DNA of 64,000 nucleotides from Strigamia acuminata (Eukaryota): NCBI GenBank assembly GCA_949358305.1, contig OX442314.1, positions 28,458,001 to 28,522,000 of the forward strand, read 5' to 3'. Shown piece by piece: positions 13,431 to 26,800 of this stretch (position 1 is its first letter; each line of letters starts with the position of its first letter). The notes under the pieces were generated by a model. It saw only the letters and a program-made list of their open reading frames with translations, ran no database searches and was not told where the DNA came from. The position numbers and the translations under genes were made by a program.

Positions 13431-15262
13431 TTTGGCCCCAGAAAACACAGCCACACGTGCGTCCTCGCGCAGCTCTCGGTATCAAATGAAGTCGGTCCAG
13501 TTCGCTCTCATTCGCTGGTGGTGCGAGAAGCGCCGCAGTTTCTCCTAGTGGGAAAAAAGTCAAGCGCGAATCGCATCTTTTGGATTTCAAAGGGTTGCAT
13601 AAGTGAGACGTGTAATTGGTTATTGAGTAAATGTTTTGTCGATAACGATTGCAAAATGTGTTTTTCGTGTAATTTGTTTAATTGGAGTAAGGTTTTGGAT
13701 GAAATAAAAGCGGTAAACTAAAAACATGGGATGTTTAGTAATTTCGTTTATCTGATGCCCATTGATGAAAAATCTGGTGACGTAAATTATGCAGGTGGGT
13801 AATGATACAGGAAGTCTATTTCATTTATTGTTGAGTTATTTCTTTGTTTTTAAGTGCTTTATTATTCACTTTTTTGCATGTGGGATGCACCGAATAGTAA
13901 AACCACTGTATAATGAATACTAGATAGTTTCCGAACATTAAATTTGCCGACTACCAGATATATGTATTCACCGAATATTAAATTTACCGAATACCGGATA
14001 GTTACCGTAGTTACCGAATACGGAGTATTGGGTACTTAGTGTCGGTGATTTTAACATTCGGTAAATTACTGAATACTAAAATCACTGAATTACTTCAATT
14101 TTAAACCAAAAATAACATCATTTCCTGTTTAAACCCATGTTAAAACTTAAAATACACGTAAACTAAAATTGTTAAAACACAAGTATTTTAATTTTTGAAT
14201 ATTTTTATAATTGTTTTCGCGTTGTTTTATGTCAGATACCATTGTATTAAATAGAAATTTTTTCATCTTTCAAGCAATTTCCTATTGATTTAAGTCGTCT
14301 TCTAAGCCTTGAAAAATTGTTGGAAATTGGTTAATGAGAATTAAAAGTGTATTATTGCTGTGGTTCTAATTAACACACATGGCATTTATTGATAAACAAG
14401 AACTTTGAGCATTATGGTTGAAATGTTGACCAATATTTAAGGCAAAAAGCTGATAAACTTGTTGACTTGCATATTTTGCAATGTCTTTTCTTATCAGATT
14501 TTTTTTTTTCAATTTTCACTTCTAAGAAAAAAAAAATAGAAAAAAAAATTTGTAAACATACAAATAAAATTAAGTATACAACTTTGCATGAAAGAAAATG
14601 TTGGAAAAAAAATGAAAAGGGGAAGAAAAAATTCAAGTACCAACCTTCTCAGGTGATGTGGACTGATCACAATTGCTGCTCTGTGATTGGTCCCTTAGTT
14701 TGACCTGTCTGCTAAAAGTTAAACCTCAACACTCAGCTCATTACATCATGCTCTGCTAGTTTTGGCTTCCCCTACATTTATTTTCAAAAATACTTTTGTA
14801 GTATTATTATTTTTAAAATCAACATGTTTTATTTAAATATTATTAAGTTCAATGATATTCTAAGCTCAATATAAACCACTCAGTAGATTAGTAAAAGTCA
14901 ATGGTCAGTGTCGAATTTGATAAGCTTATCTCGTAAACTTTAGTTCATTTTTTTGAAAATCTTTTGTTTTTTGTGGCTATTAATTTATCTCGGTTTGAAG
15001 GATGAGATCTAGTTTTTAAGTGCCATCTAGTGATGATATTTTTAAGTTGAGTTAAATCATTGTACTGAAACTATGCCACCTAGTGATAAACTGCTACAAA
15101 TGACAGTTATCAGTGAATGGTCTAGGGAATACAACATTCAACCGAATCTCTGACATGGGTTTTTGAATCCCGTTCCGAATCCCCGAATCCCAAATCTTCA
15201 CATTTTATAACAATTTTGAATTTTTTGTCGAAAATTGGACAAAAGTTAAAATATTTTAGACA

Positions 15263-15640
15263 TTTAGACTTCTAAACCTGATGTTTTGAAAGTCTAATAA
15301 AACGGTCATGTCCGTCTGTCCGTCCGTAATATTTCTACTTCCTGTTTTGTAATTTTTTTTGTTTGGACCGGCAATGACGTCACCCATTCGTTCGGACTGG
15401 AAATGATGTCATGTAATAATTGATTAATAATAATCATTTTTTATCGAATTTTCGTGGGATTTTGTTTGCTGTTGCTTTATTTTGGCCAAAATTTTTATTT
15501 TTTATTACTTTATTTTCTTTTATTTTGGTGTTTAATTTAGGAACAGACGGACAGATATATTTCGATACAGAAAAGGGTAGAAGGGGTTTAGAAGTCTAAT
15601 ATGTAATGCTTCCATGCATTTCAGATATTTACTTGTTTTA
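15263..15640 (+). mobile_element. DINE-1/Helentron-like non-autonomous element
   Basis: 5' stem TTAGACTTC..AAAGTCTAA, GTCCGTCTGTCCGTCC microsatellite, distal inverted copy GGTTTAGAAGTCTAA, small 3' hairpin, ends CTTGTTTT. Confidence 0.55.
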
Positions 15641-16121
15641 TTAAAATAATCAACCGGTGGTCTTCAAATAGCAACAAAATAAAGCGCTTCTTTAGGCAGG
15701 TGGTCACCACAGGTTTCACTGATCATGACTGCCATCTAGTATCAACTGTTGCAAACACTAATAACACTTGTTAAAATATAAGATTTTAGCTATCAAAAGA
15801 CCAAAATAATTTTCACTCCAAAAACTGGAAAAGCAGTAAACAGTATGCTGTATTTTAGTACTAGTATTAAATAAAATATTATTTCTTCCACTTCTTTTGT
15901 CCACTACATAAAGTTTTGAAAGAAACTCTTCACCTGCTCATTCTGTTCCTGAACTCAAGGTTGTTGGTTTAGTTCTTTCAAAGCTTGCCTCAGGCAATCT
16001 CTGACATCACACGACCTTTCATGGTCTGTTTCTTTGCCTATCGTAACACCTGTAGCGCCATTTTGTTGTGCTGTACACTTGGATTATCTGTTTCTGCAAG
16101 TTTCAAACTCCGACTACTGGA

Positions 16122-17620
16122 ATGGGTGAGATTGAGATGATTAGTTTGATTTAGGATCTTATTACATCATTTAAATGTACAATTTGTAATTTTACAGATG
16201 CCAAACTAGTTCTCATGCTTGTTTTCATGGTAAGTTTTAGTGAGGCTTATTTTTCTCAGCATTGATTTGCATTGGAAACTCAGTGGGTGAAATTATTTTC
16301 TTTTTGCTTTAGCTCTCAGCTCATGTCATGGCTGACTTGATGCGCAAATCCATCGTGTTCGATCTAAAAACTCCCAAAGTTTTTTACTGCCCGCAAGAAA
16401 AACCAACGGGATTTGACAAGATGATTGTCAAAGCTAAACCTCTCACCAAATTATGCGAGTTTGATGGCAAGGGCATCCCTGAAACATACAAATCTGATTG
16501 CTACAATGATGTGGATGAAAGCGAATACGCGTGTACAGAAAAACGAAGAATAATGGTAAATATTTTGGTAAAGGCTAATAATAATAAAAGACAGGCCCAA
16601 TGGAGGGTGGGGAGACCTCTATTCATGTGCCTTGCATGTTTTTCTCAGTAATAAAATTATTTTTCGATCGTTTTTAACATCCAATGTAGAATGAGTGATT
16701 TTTACTGATCCGCCCTTGCTGGGGGGCCCAAGAAATTATTTTTTTTTACCAGGGCCTGAACCTGAGGTCGGTTCATTAGATTGGCACAATTAACTCAGGC
16801 TATTAATCAAGTACGGCTCTTAATCGAGGGCGGCTATTATTTTAAATAGTGGCCAGTGTGTCAATGTTACGTTCATTGAACGTATATAGCCGCAGCTATT
16901 ATTCGAGGGCGGCTCTTATATCAAATCGCCTCTCTCGGTAGTGGCTCATATTCGAGGGCGGCTACAAATCGAGGGCGACTTTTAATCGGTAAAATACGGT
17001 AATTTCTAGACTTTGACCGATATCGATATTTTGCGGTATCGCCGATACCGATAATCGGCAACCGAATATCGGCCGATACCGATACCTGCGCCGATATTGA
17101 AATTAAAATGTCCGATCGCCCCACCCCCCAAAAATAAAAAAAATAAAATTAAAATTGCGTTTATTAATTTATTTTATGTTTTAGAAAGGTTTTTGGAAGC
17201 GTTTCTAAAACATATCGGTTTAGTCTAAAACGATACGTTTTAGAAACGTGACAATATCGGTGTCAACCACGCAAAAAAATCTCGGATCTGAATACCGAAA
17301 TATCGGCCGATAGCCGATATCGATACCGGTATCAATCAAAGTCTAGTAATTTCTATCCGAAACATATGCAAAACGTTTCATTCATCGCACTTTTTTTGTA
17401 TATTTTGTTGCAAAAACGTTCAAAAAATCAATTGGCCAATGTCGAATTTAAATAGTTCGTGGGCTTCTAATTGTGCGCGAGGAAATTTTTTTTTTCAATT
17501 AGAACATATTAGGGTAGACATTTTGGTTCTATGATTCATTTCATAAATATTTCTTTTTTTAAGAAACGACTCAATCCACCCAGTGATGAGGTCACAATAC
17601 AACTGACTAAGAAGCAGTAA
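16122..17620 (+). CDS. Small secreted 4-cysteine protein, ~111 aa, family not recognised
   Basis: Exons 16122-16125, 16198-16229, 16313-16555, 17564-17620 with GT-AG borders join in frame: MDAKLVLMLVFMLSAHVMA-DLMRKSIVFDLKTPKVFYCPQEKP...CYNDVDESEYACTEKRRIMKRLNPPSDEVTIQLTKKQ*; hydrophobic N-terminus; AATAAA at 17754, 17821, 17867. Last exon least certain. Confidence 0.8.
17007..17345. mobile_element. hAT-type MITE
   Basis: TIRs TAGACTTTGA / TCAAAGTCTA, 8-bp TSD GTAATTTC, internal CCGATA repeats. Confidence 0.85.
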
Positions 17621-17887
17621 GGTTTCCACAACCACTTCCTGGTGATATTTATGTTTGGCAGCTAAAAAGAGTATTTTTCTACTTTTATCTAATAATTTAA
17701 TTTTCAATTTTTTTTTCTATGCAAACTTTATTTTTTTTTATTTTTAACGCAAAAATAAAGATATGGTGAAAGGCTGGTGGTCACATTTTATGAATTGAAT
17801 TGAACAATTTAAAAAAAATTAAATAAATGTTAACAAAATGTGTTTGAACTTGAACAAAAAACATGAAATAAAACTTTTGTTTTTTCC

Positions 17888-20800
17888 TTAAGATTTCTCT
17901 GAATTTGCATCAACTTTTGGTTCAACCATTGGCAGAACAAAATTTTCTAGGAAGTCTGGTAGACTGGCCGGTTGAAGATCGAGTTTAAAAAACTCTTTTG
18001 TAATGATCTCGCACCTAAAACAAAGTCGAAAGAAAAATCTTCAAAAACTAATTCCCGCAAACCAAATCATTAGTAGAGTTCAATTTGTAAAATGAGAATT
18101 TATTTTAGGCATTTAAATCACTCATCCTTCAAGAATTGAACTCACCTATTGAACTTTTAAACATTTAAATTGATGCAAAGCGCTTTCAACATGCAAAACA
18201 AGCAATTTCTATTTGTAAATGGTTTAAGCTAGCTTATTTGTTTTTACAAACAAATACACATAAGTGGCTTTGTACAATACAGTTAAAACGTTTTTAAAGG
18301 CTTTTATTTAACTTGATACGAATGTTTGTGTGTTTGTTTCAACTTCTGGCCATGCAAGCACCACCTGTAAGCGACTAAAATTATCAGGGATGCCAAATCG
18401 TAGGTACCGACTGCTTTTTTCGATATGAAAAGTTTTCGATGTATTACAAAACCAGTCTGATGTAGGGGATTTAATGCCCTACAAACTTGCACATTTCGTT
18501 TTTTGATATTGTAAACAAAGTTCTTTTTTGAACGTTTTTTGGCAGTAGCGCACTCTGAGAGCAATTAGAAGCACAAATATAAAAGCCTTTTTCCAAAAAC
18601 CTATTTTCTTATATTTACTTCTTACAGCAGATAATTTTGGAATAAATGCGTTCGTACCAATTTACAGAACTAAGCTTCCCAAGCATTGCTGCAGATTTCT
18701 ACGAACAGTAACATGTTGCGATATTATCTCACCGAATACCCCTCAATATTATTACAGTGTAAGCTCCGTAGACCGGACATAGAACTGGTCCCAGAAAGTT
18801 GTCCGGACTAAACAGCTGTCCGGATGGGAGAGGGGATTTAGTATTGCTGGGTATAGGTTGGGACCAAATCAGGACCTCCAAACTGTCCGGTCCACACAGC
18901 TGTCCAGACAGTGCTTTGTCCGGTTTACAGAGCTTACACTGTAGTACAAAATTTGTTTTTCATAGTAAATCAATTTGATCTCATGTTTCTGTTAAAACAG
19001 TATTGAATTACTTGTGCAAATCGGCATCAATTATGTCCTCTTGAGCTTGAATTGGTTTGTTTAGACGAAGAGTTAACACCACCTGAAAACAAATCAATAT
19101 AAATTCATAGTACAATAAAAAAAAAACATATCAAATTTTAACCTGATTAGCTCTGTCAATGACCTTCTGATCCAAACCAGCATGTTTTGCAACCTGGGTG
19201 GCAAAGCTCGAGTCAATGAAGCCTTTGGTTAATTGATACAAGTAAACAAGCTCGTCGTCTTCTTGCATTATGTCCAGTGTCTAAATGTCCCAAAACCAAA
19301 AATATGCTGCACGAATTAGTCTTTGCTTATATTTACCAGTAATTCCAGTTTGCTAGTTGGTGAAATGAAGGACAATGCATTGTGAAAATGTGTGGTAATA
19401 AACAAATGTGGACTTTCTGCACCTTTATTCAGCCAATGCTTTAAGATAGCAACCACCAAAGCCATGCCATCGACCTGAAATCCCAATAAACAATCAAATC
19501 ACAATTGAACATTTTAAATCATTAGTTAACACTTGTACATACATAGTCAGTTCCTATTCCAAATTCATCAATGATTACCAATGAGTTTTTGGTTGCATTT
19601 TGCAAAGCATAGGCCATCTTGAGAAAAAATAAGAATTATTGCCTTTCAAAAGTAGCAAAATTATATCCATATTCAAGGATATATATTACCCATGTGGTTA
19701 AAAAATATATTGTAATTATACTGCAATGTATTTCAATGTATGTTGAAATGCATTGGGTTTCACAAGCATACATTTTTGTGTGCTATTGGTTTGCAAATAA
19801 CAATACATTTTGTGAAATGTGTTATGAAATGCATTCCCAATAAATGCATTTTCCAACGCATTTTTTATATAGTAAAATAAATAAATAAATAAATAAATAA
19901 TAAATAAACCATAGTGTAAGCTATGAGTCAGGACATTACACCATCCAAACAGGTTTAAGGGGGTCCAAACTCAACTAATCCCCAGCAATGTTAAATTCGC
20001 TCCCCCATCCGGACAAAGCAACGTGGCCCTGTGTAAGAAAAATCACTGAGCGGTGCAGACAAAATTTTTTCTTGTTTAACTGCCCATGCGCACACAAATC
20101 GTCACCAATACCTCACTGCAATTCCGAAAACATTTTGTTAACATTCCAAAACATTCATAAACATCGACAAAACTGCAGTGACGTTATAGTAATGATACTG
20201 GTATGCTAAACACACAACCCAACAGCTTACACTATACAGTCGAGCCTCATTATAACGAATCGCAAGAAACCCGAAAAATCGGTTCATTATAAAGAAAGTT
20301 CATTGCATCAAAATTTTTTAAGACGATGTTCGATGACCATTCAACAAGAACCAACAAACAATTATAACAATAATTACTTGATTAAGATCAATCATGAAAG
20401 TAGACAGACCGGTGGATATCGAATCCAAAGCGTGGATTCTACTTAAAATCTTTGGTACAATGCAAATCTCAGCTTGGTTTGCAGGAATAAAAGATCCAAT
20501 GTGAGCCATATATACAATCAAAGCCACCTGTGAAATAATCATATTTATTTCTATGCCTCTTATTTCCTGTCAAGTGATTTAGTACTTGTTTAAGATAAAC
20601 ACTTTTTCCACAAGTGTTAGGTCCAGTCAGTAATTTCATTTTTCCTACATCAATGCCACTAAATGTGTCATTGGGCACAAATGTACTGACACACAGCTCT
20701 TGCAGAGGATGTCTACAAAATAGCAATATTACCTCACGCTTTCATTTTAAATTGCATTTAGTCAAGTTTGTAATCACCTTCCATCTTTAATGAATATCCG

Positions 20801-23800
20801 GTCACTTTTGGTAATGTGTGGTTTGGAATAGTTTTGGTTTTTAGCAACCACAGCCAATGATAGCAAACTATTTAATTAAGAATTTTATTTTAATTAAATT
20901 AAGTGTGAGGTGGTACGTATTATTTTCATGACGGCCTGTGATTGGTTGAGAGATGCATTGAAATACATTGATGAAAATTCTCATTTCGTCGACTTTGCTA
21001 AAAACGGATAAGGTTAGGTCTGGGAAGGTCAAGGGAGGTCTAAGCCCCCCTTGTAAGAAAAAAAGAAGCTAAAACCTCGAGAACATCAAATTTAAGAAAA
21101 CTTATGTCGAGGAAACGAATCGACATCAATGGGTCACAGCGCGTCATGAAAATAATACGTTCACGTCGGACATCAACGTAGCCACTGCCTATTATTTTAC
21201 CAATCAAGTTCTGCAATGCAGTTGATGAATTTCAATAGTTGAGGAGCGTGTTCTAGAATAGCCGACTGCAAATTGATCATAATTTTTGTCTCATGATCTG
21301 CAAAAGAAAATGGTATTCAAATACTGATTATCGAAATTCGCCAGAACACAGTTTGAGCTGCATTTGAAAAGTCATTTAGACTAAACAACATTTTCAAACA
21401 AACCGTTAAACTACTTGTTTAAATCCCAAATTCCAAGTGCATGTTTGTTGTTATTTGATCTGGTCAGCTTAACTGAGGGTTTTCTCGATCTAACTTTCAG
21501 TCAGTGAGGGCATGCACGCAACATTTGAACAACAAAACATACAGCGAGTCCCCTACATACGAACATTCGAGTTGTGAACTTGCGGAGATATGAACTTCAA
21601 ATTTTGCAACGACGCATTAAGTTAGTTCGTTGTCTAGTACTGTACGACAGCTGTTGCACTTTTCGAAGTACGAATAAAAATTTGTTTAATATGAACCTTT
21701 ATTAATTTCTTATAAAAAAAAATAAAAGTAAATAAGATTAAAAATATTTGTTTATAATTAGGATGAACAATTTTTCCACTTTGTACACCGTTGCTGGAAC
21801 TCGTTCGTATGTTGGGGACTTACTGTATTTAACTTGAACTAAACACGCTGCTTTCTCGAGTTTTTTCAGTGTCGCATCTCGTTCACTAAAATTTTTTTCA
21901 AAGTGAACTAAGTTCAAGTTCGTGAACTTGAATCAAAAGTTTACGTTCATTTTTCAGATTTTTTAAGAAATTAAAATGTTTTTTTGTTACATTTTGTGGA
22001 TTGAGGATGACAAAAAAACACTTTTTATTAGTAAAGCAGTCGTTTTCATCGCTTTCATGGCTGTTTTCGTTGTAAAAAGTCATTAGAAATGAATGTTTTG
22101 ATGATGAAAACGTCATCTAAACATTTAAACTAACATTTTTGCAACGTTTTCATCATCAAACATCGTAAACGTAAACTTCGTTCAAGTTCACTCCTAAAAA
22201 TGAACAAAGTTCGAATTTTTAGTTCATCTGTAGAGGTGAACTAATTCACAAACTTTGTTCATGAACGCAAACTAATAGTTTGCGGTCAATACAACACTGA
22301 GTTTTAAATAGCCTTTAAATGATCTTTTTTGCTTCTCATTTGAGAAAAAGGGTCTGTTATAAATGAATTGAAAGATTATTGAACCTGTAATTTCATGTTG
22401 GGCATCACCTAAAGCTCTGTGCAACTCTTGAAATAAAATAAAAAAAATATATAAGCTGTTCTCAGCTGTTTGGTAATTAATACAGCTGGAGTTACGCCCA
22501 TTCATCATACCTAGAGTACGTTCACTTCGGAAATATACCATTTTGTTTGAAGAAAACTTGATAAATAAATAAAAAAAAAAAAATTAATTGATTGTGTTTC
22601 AAGGTGAAATTACAATGGCTTCTGTTCTATACCACTAACTCCAAATCAGGAAGGTTCAAATTTCCTGTAATTTCCATATCTGGGGTCATTGGAATTTCCA
22701 GTAAATAACCCAACTGGGGTAAATAAACAACACAACAAGTTGTTATGATATGGCTCAGGTTTTCCAATTCTTCTTTAGCAACTTTGGACATCAATTCAGG
22801 CAATGAGTTGTAGTTCTGCTTCTCTGCAATACAATTTTACCATTAAACTTTTATTCAGTATTTCTTCAATTCTAAGACACTATAATTTCAGTATCGCTAA
22901 AATTAAAAACCTACTTCTGTCCAAATCTGTATCAACTCCCCATTTAACTACAAATCTACTTTGTAGTGACGATTCATCAAAATCAACCTGGAAAAGGAAC
23001 CAATAGAAAGAGAACTTGCGTGATCTTTCAACTATTTCTTACGATGTTGTTTATGATTGAAGCTACATGACCCAAACTTGCCGTGTTCACTTCAGTAATC
23101 TGGTAAATGTGATGTTTTTAATATTTTAATTCATTTTGAAGAGAATTTTAATTATTTTACTTTTTTGAATAGATGGATTTCTTGCGATTGGGATTTGACT
23201 AGGTCTCCAATGAGTAGTGCATTGTACAAAGTGTTGTATAGAGATTTCCAATCTCTGACTGATGTTTCAGCATGAGCCATTCTGCCCAAGATGGTCTAGT
23301 ATAAAAAATAACTTTGTTTAATGATGATTGTTCAATCTGTTAAAATTCATAAATAATTTCTCAAATTCTCAAAAATTTCTCAAATTCATCAAAATTTCTC
23401 AAATTCATCAAAATTTCTCAAATTCATCAAAATTTCTCAAATTCATCAAAAATTTCTTAAATTCATCAAAAATTTCTTAAATTTATCAAAAATTTCTTAA
23501 ATTTATCAAAAATTTCTTAAATTTATCAAAAATTTCTCAAATTCATCAAAAATTTAGTAGAAAAATTCCTCAGTTTTCTCTAAAATTTACAAATTAATTT
23601 ACCGGTAAATTTTTTACATGTGCCAACGACCTCTGTAAAGATAGAATGATATCTGTATTCTGCAACTGTGTGAAATATAAAATCGCCTCTTGTCTCCGTT
23701 GAATTATCTCAATATCAGTTGTCGGACGTAACATCATAATCCTTGCACGAAATTTAAAGTGATAAAAAAATTAATATTGTAAATGCCAATCATGATGAAA

Positions 23801-26800
23801 CTGATATGCTGAAGTGGGTAGGTACTTCAAAGCTTTACTTCCTATCACAGATTTGCACCGGTTCAATATACCTACAATATTTTAAAGCAAAAAAATAAAA
23901 TAAAATAAAATAAAATAAAATAAAAATAAAATAAAAATGTCAAAATAAATTATTACTACTCCGTACCGTATAAACTTAACCCTTCCTTTTGCCCATTGCC
24001 TATTTTGTAAACAGATGGATGCCATTCTTGCTGAAATATATGTAATGCCCTTCAAAAAAAATTAACAGATGTTTTGAAATGGTGTCACACAAATGTGTGG
24101 ATCAACATAATAATAGATTTGAACATTATAGGCACATTTTATTATTGCAGGCAAACACTTTGAAAAATAAAAATAGAAGAAAATAAAATAAAAATTTGTG
24201 AACATGTTGTGTTGAAGCATGTAAGCTTAACTCATCCATCTTCATCAATCTTAATTTATTGTTTACAACTGGAAAACATTGTTTTGTTCTTTCAAACCTA
24301 AAATCTCCCACAGAAGTGGGAACTGCAATTCAACAAGATAGAGTACTGGATATGCAAACACGAAATTCCTGAGTCATTCGTTGCCATTCAATTTACAAGT
24401 TGGTAAATTTGTGATTTTGTTATTAATCAAAAAATTGATCGTTTTTCGACACAGATTTCCAAATTATGTACAATTTTGCGCAAATTTTTTTTAAACGTTT
24501 AGAAAAATAATGAACAAAAAAATTTTTTAAAATTATTGTAATTTAGTTCTCATTTTGACTGAAATTTTCCCCTTAAAGTCTGTGTTTTCAGACATTAGGA
24601 AAATCCAATCGAGTGTGCAGTATTTAACTGGAATGTCGGTTCCCTCAAGGACTGTGGTTTTGATAAAAACTTTAAACGTGATTGGTCGGAACCCAAATGT
24701 CAATGGTTAGAGGATTTGGAAAAAAATTCCTAAATTTATCTTGAAGAAAAATAGACGTTTAACTTATCTGAAAAGTATTCCCACAGTTTGATTCTTTCCC
24801 ATTGAAAAAAAAAACAATTTTTCTTCCAAAATGCGACTTATTATACAAAAAAAAACCTTTCGCCAATTTCAGATTCGGCAAATTTCATTCCAATAATTTT
24901 ATTTCCAGTACGCCTCAGCGCATTTCCGGTCAAACCCTCCTGACTATTTTAGATAGAAATCACTTGCTTCAATGTTCATGACCTTGGCATTGATAAACAC
25001 GAATGATTTCAATTCAAACAAGTTTCCATTTGTTTATACCAATGCACCGAACACCGAATACTTACCGAATATTACAATTAGGTAGAAAATTTAATAAAAA
25101 GTGAAATTGTAATGGAAAAAATTAAAATTTCAATCAAAAAAATGAAAATTTTAATGGAAAAAAGTGAAATTTCAATCAAAAAATGGAAATTTCAATGGAA
25201 AAAAGTGAAATTTCAATGAAAAAGAGTGAAATATCAATGGAAAAAAATGAAATTTCAATGAAAAAATTGAAATTTTAGTGAAAAAATTGAAATTTTAGTG
25301 AAAAAATTGAAATTTTAATGAAAAAATTGAAATTTTAATGAAAAAATTGAAATTTTAATGAAAAAATTGAAATTTTAATGAAAAAATTGAAATTTTAATG
25401 AAAAAATTGAAATTTTAATGAAAAAATTGAAATTTTAATGAAAAAATTGAAATTTTAATAAAAAAATTGAAATTTTAATGAAAAAATTGAATTTTTAATA
25501 TAAAAATTAAAATTTCAATAAAAAAATTAAAATTTCTATGAAAAAATTGAAATTTCAATCAAAATATGGTAAACAATTGTAATAAGAACCGCCCTCGATT
25601 AAGAGCCACCGCTCAGGATGCCCGTTTTAAATAAGAGCTGCGGCTCTGACACGAGAAAATACGATAGTTACTGAATATTAAAATTATCGAATATTAAAAT
25701 TACCGAATATTAAAATTATCGAATATTAAAATTACCGAATATTAAAATTATCGAATATTAAAATTACCGAATATTAAAATTATCGAATACCGAATCTACA
25801 GAATATTAAAATCTTTGTATTAACACGTCTAACTCACCTGAATGTATTTTCATCGACAGCCACAGTGTTTTCTCTAAAAAAAAAAAATACATTAATATTT
25901 AATACAAACAATATTTTTTTTTAATTTCTAAAAAAACCTACAATGAAAAATTATTTATTGCAATAATGGGCACGCAAATCCCCCGTTCCTCCAACTGCAC
26001 TCCAATGCGATGTTTATCCAAATATCGCAACAAGCCACCGAGTGCCCGAACCTAACAACAACAAAACAAAAATCTCCATAAACAAAATTGATCAAAATAT
26101 ACATCAAGGTGGGGCCCGGAGCCCAGTAGAGTAGTCCCGCTCCTCCTGCCATATATCCGGCCCCGTATTCACTTTTTAAGGTCATTGGTCTGAATTTGTT
26201 TTTTCTCACGATACTTTTATTCGAAAGTTCATTAACATTAGTTCAGTTTAAACGCGATAAATTGTTGTCATTGTTTGATTGATTTCGTTTTCTTTTTATT
26301 TAAGTCATTCAACCATCACCGGATGTGGGTAGTTAAATAGAAATAAATAAATAATCGGAGAAAACAATAATACAATTTACCATCTTTAAAAATCGATTAC
26401 AGTAATCGATTTTATTCTACCGTACTTACCATTGACACGGCTTGGAAATTGATGAGTGACGATATAAAAATCGCTCGATCAGCATCGGTTATTAATTTCG
26501 GCGTGTTCGGCAGTTGTAAATTTGCAATTCGTCTTTTGCTCGAATCTAAACCTAATTTAAAATTTATTTAAAAAAATAAAATTATCGTGTCTAACAAAAA
26601 AATCGATTACCAAAATCGATACTCGGGAGCAGGATAAGCAATTGCTGCGATCGATTTTCTTCTCCCGGGGTTTGACCCTTGTGGAAAAAATCTAAATTTT
26701 TAAAAAAAAAATTGCTATAAATATTTAATTTATTACAAAAATAAAAAAATAAATATCATTTATTTATAATAATTTTTAAATTCATCGATAAATTCGTATT

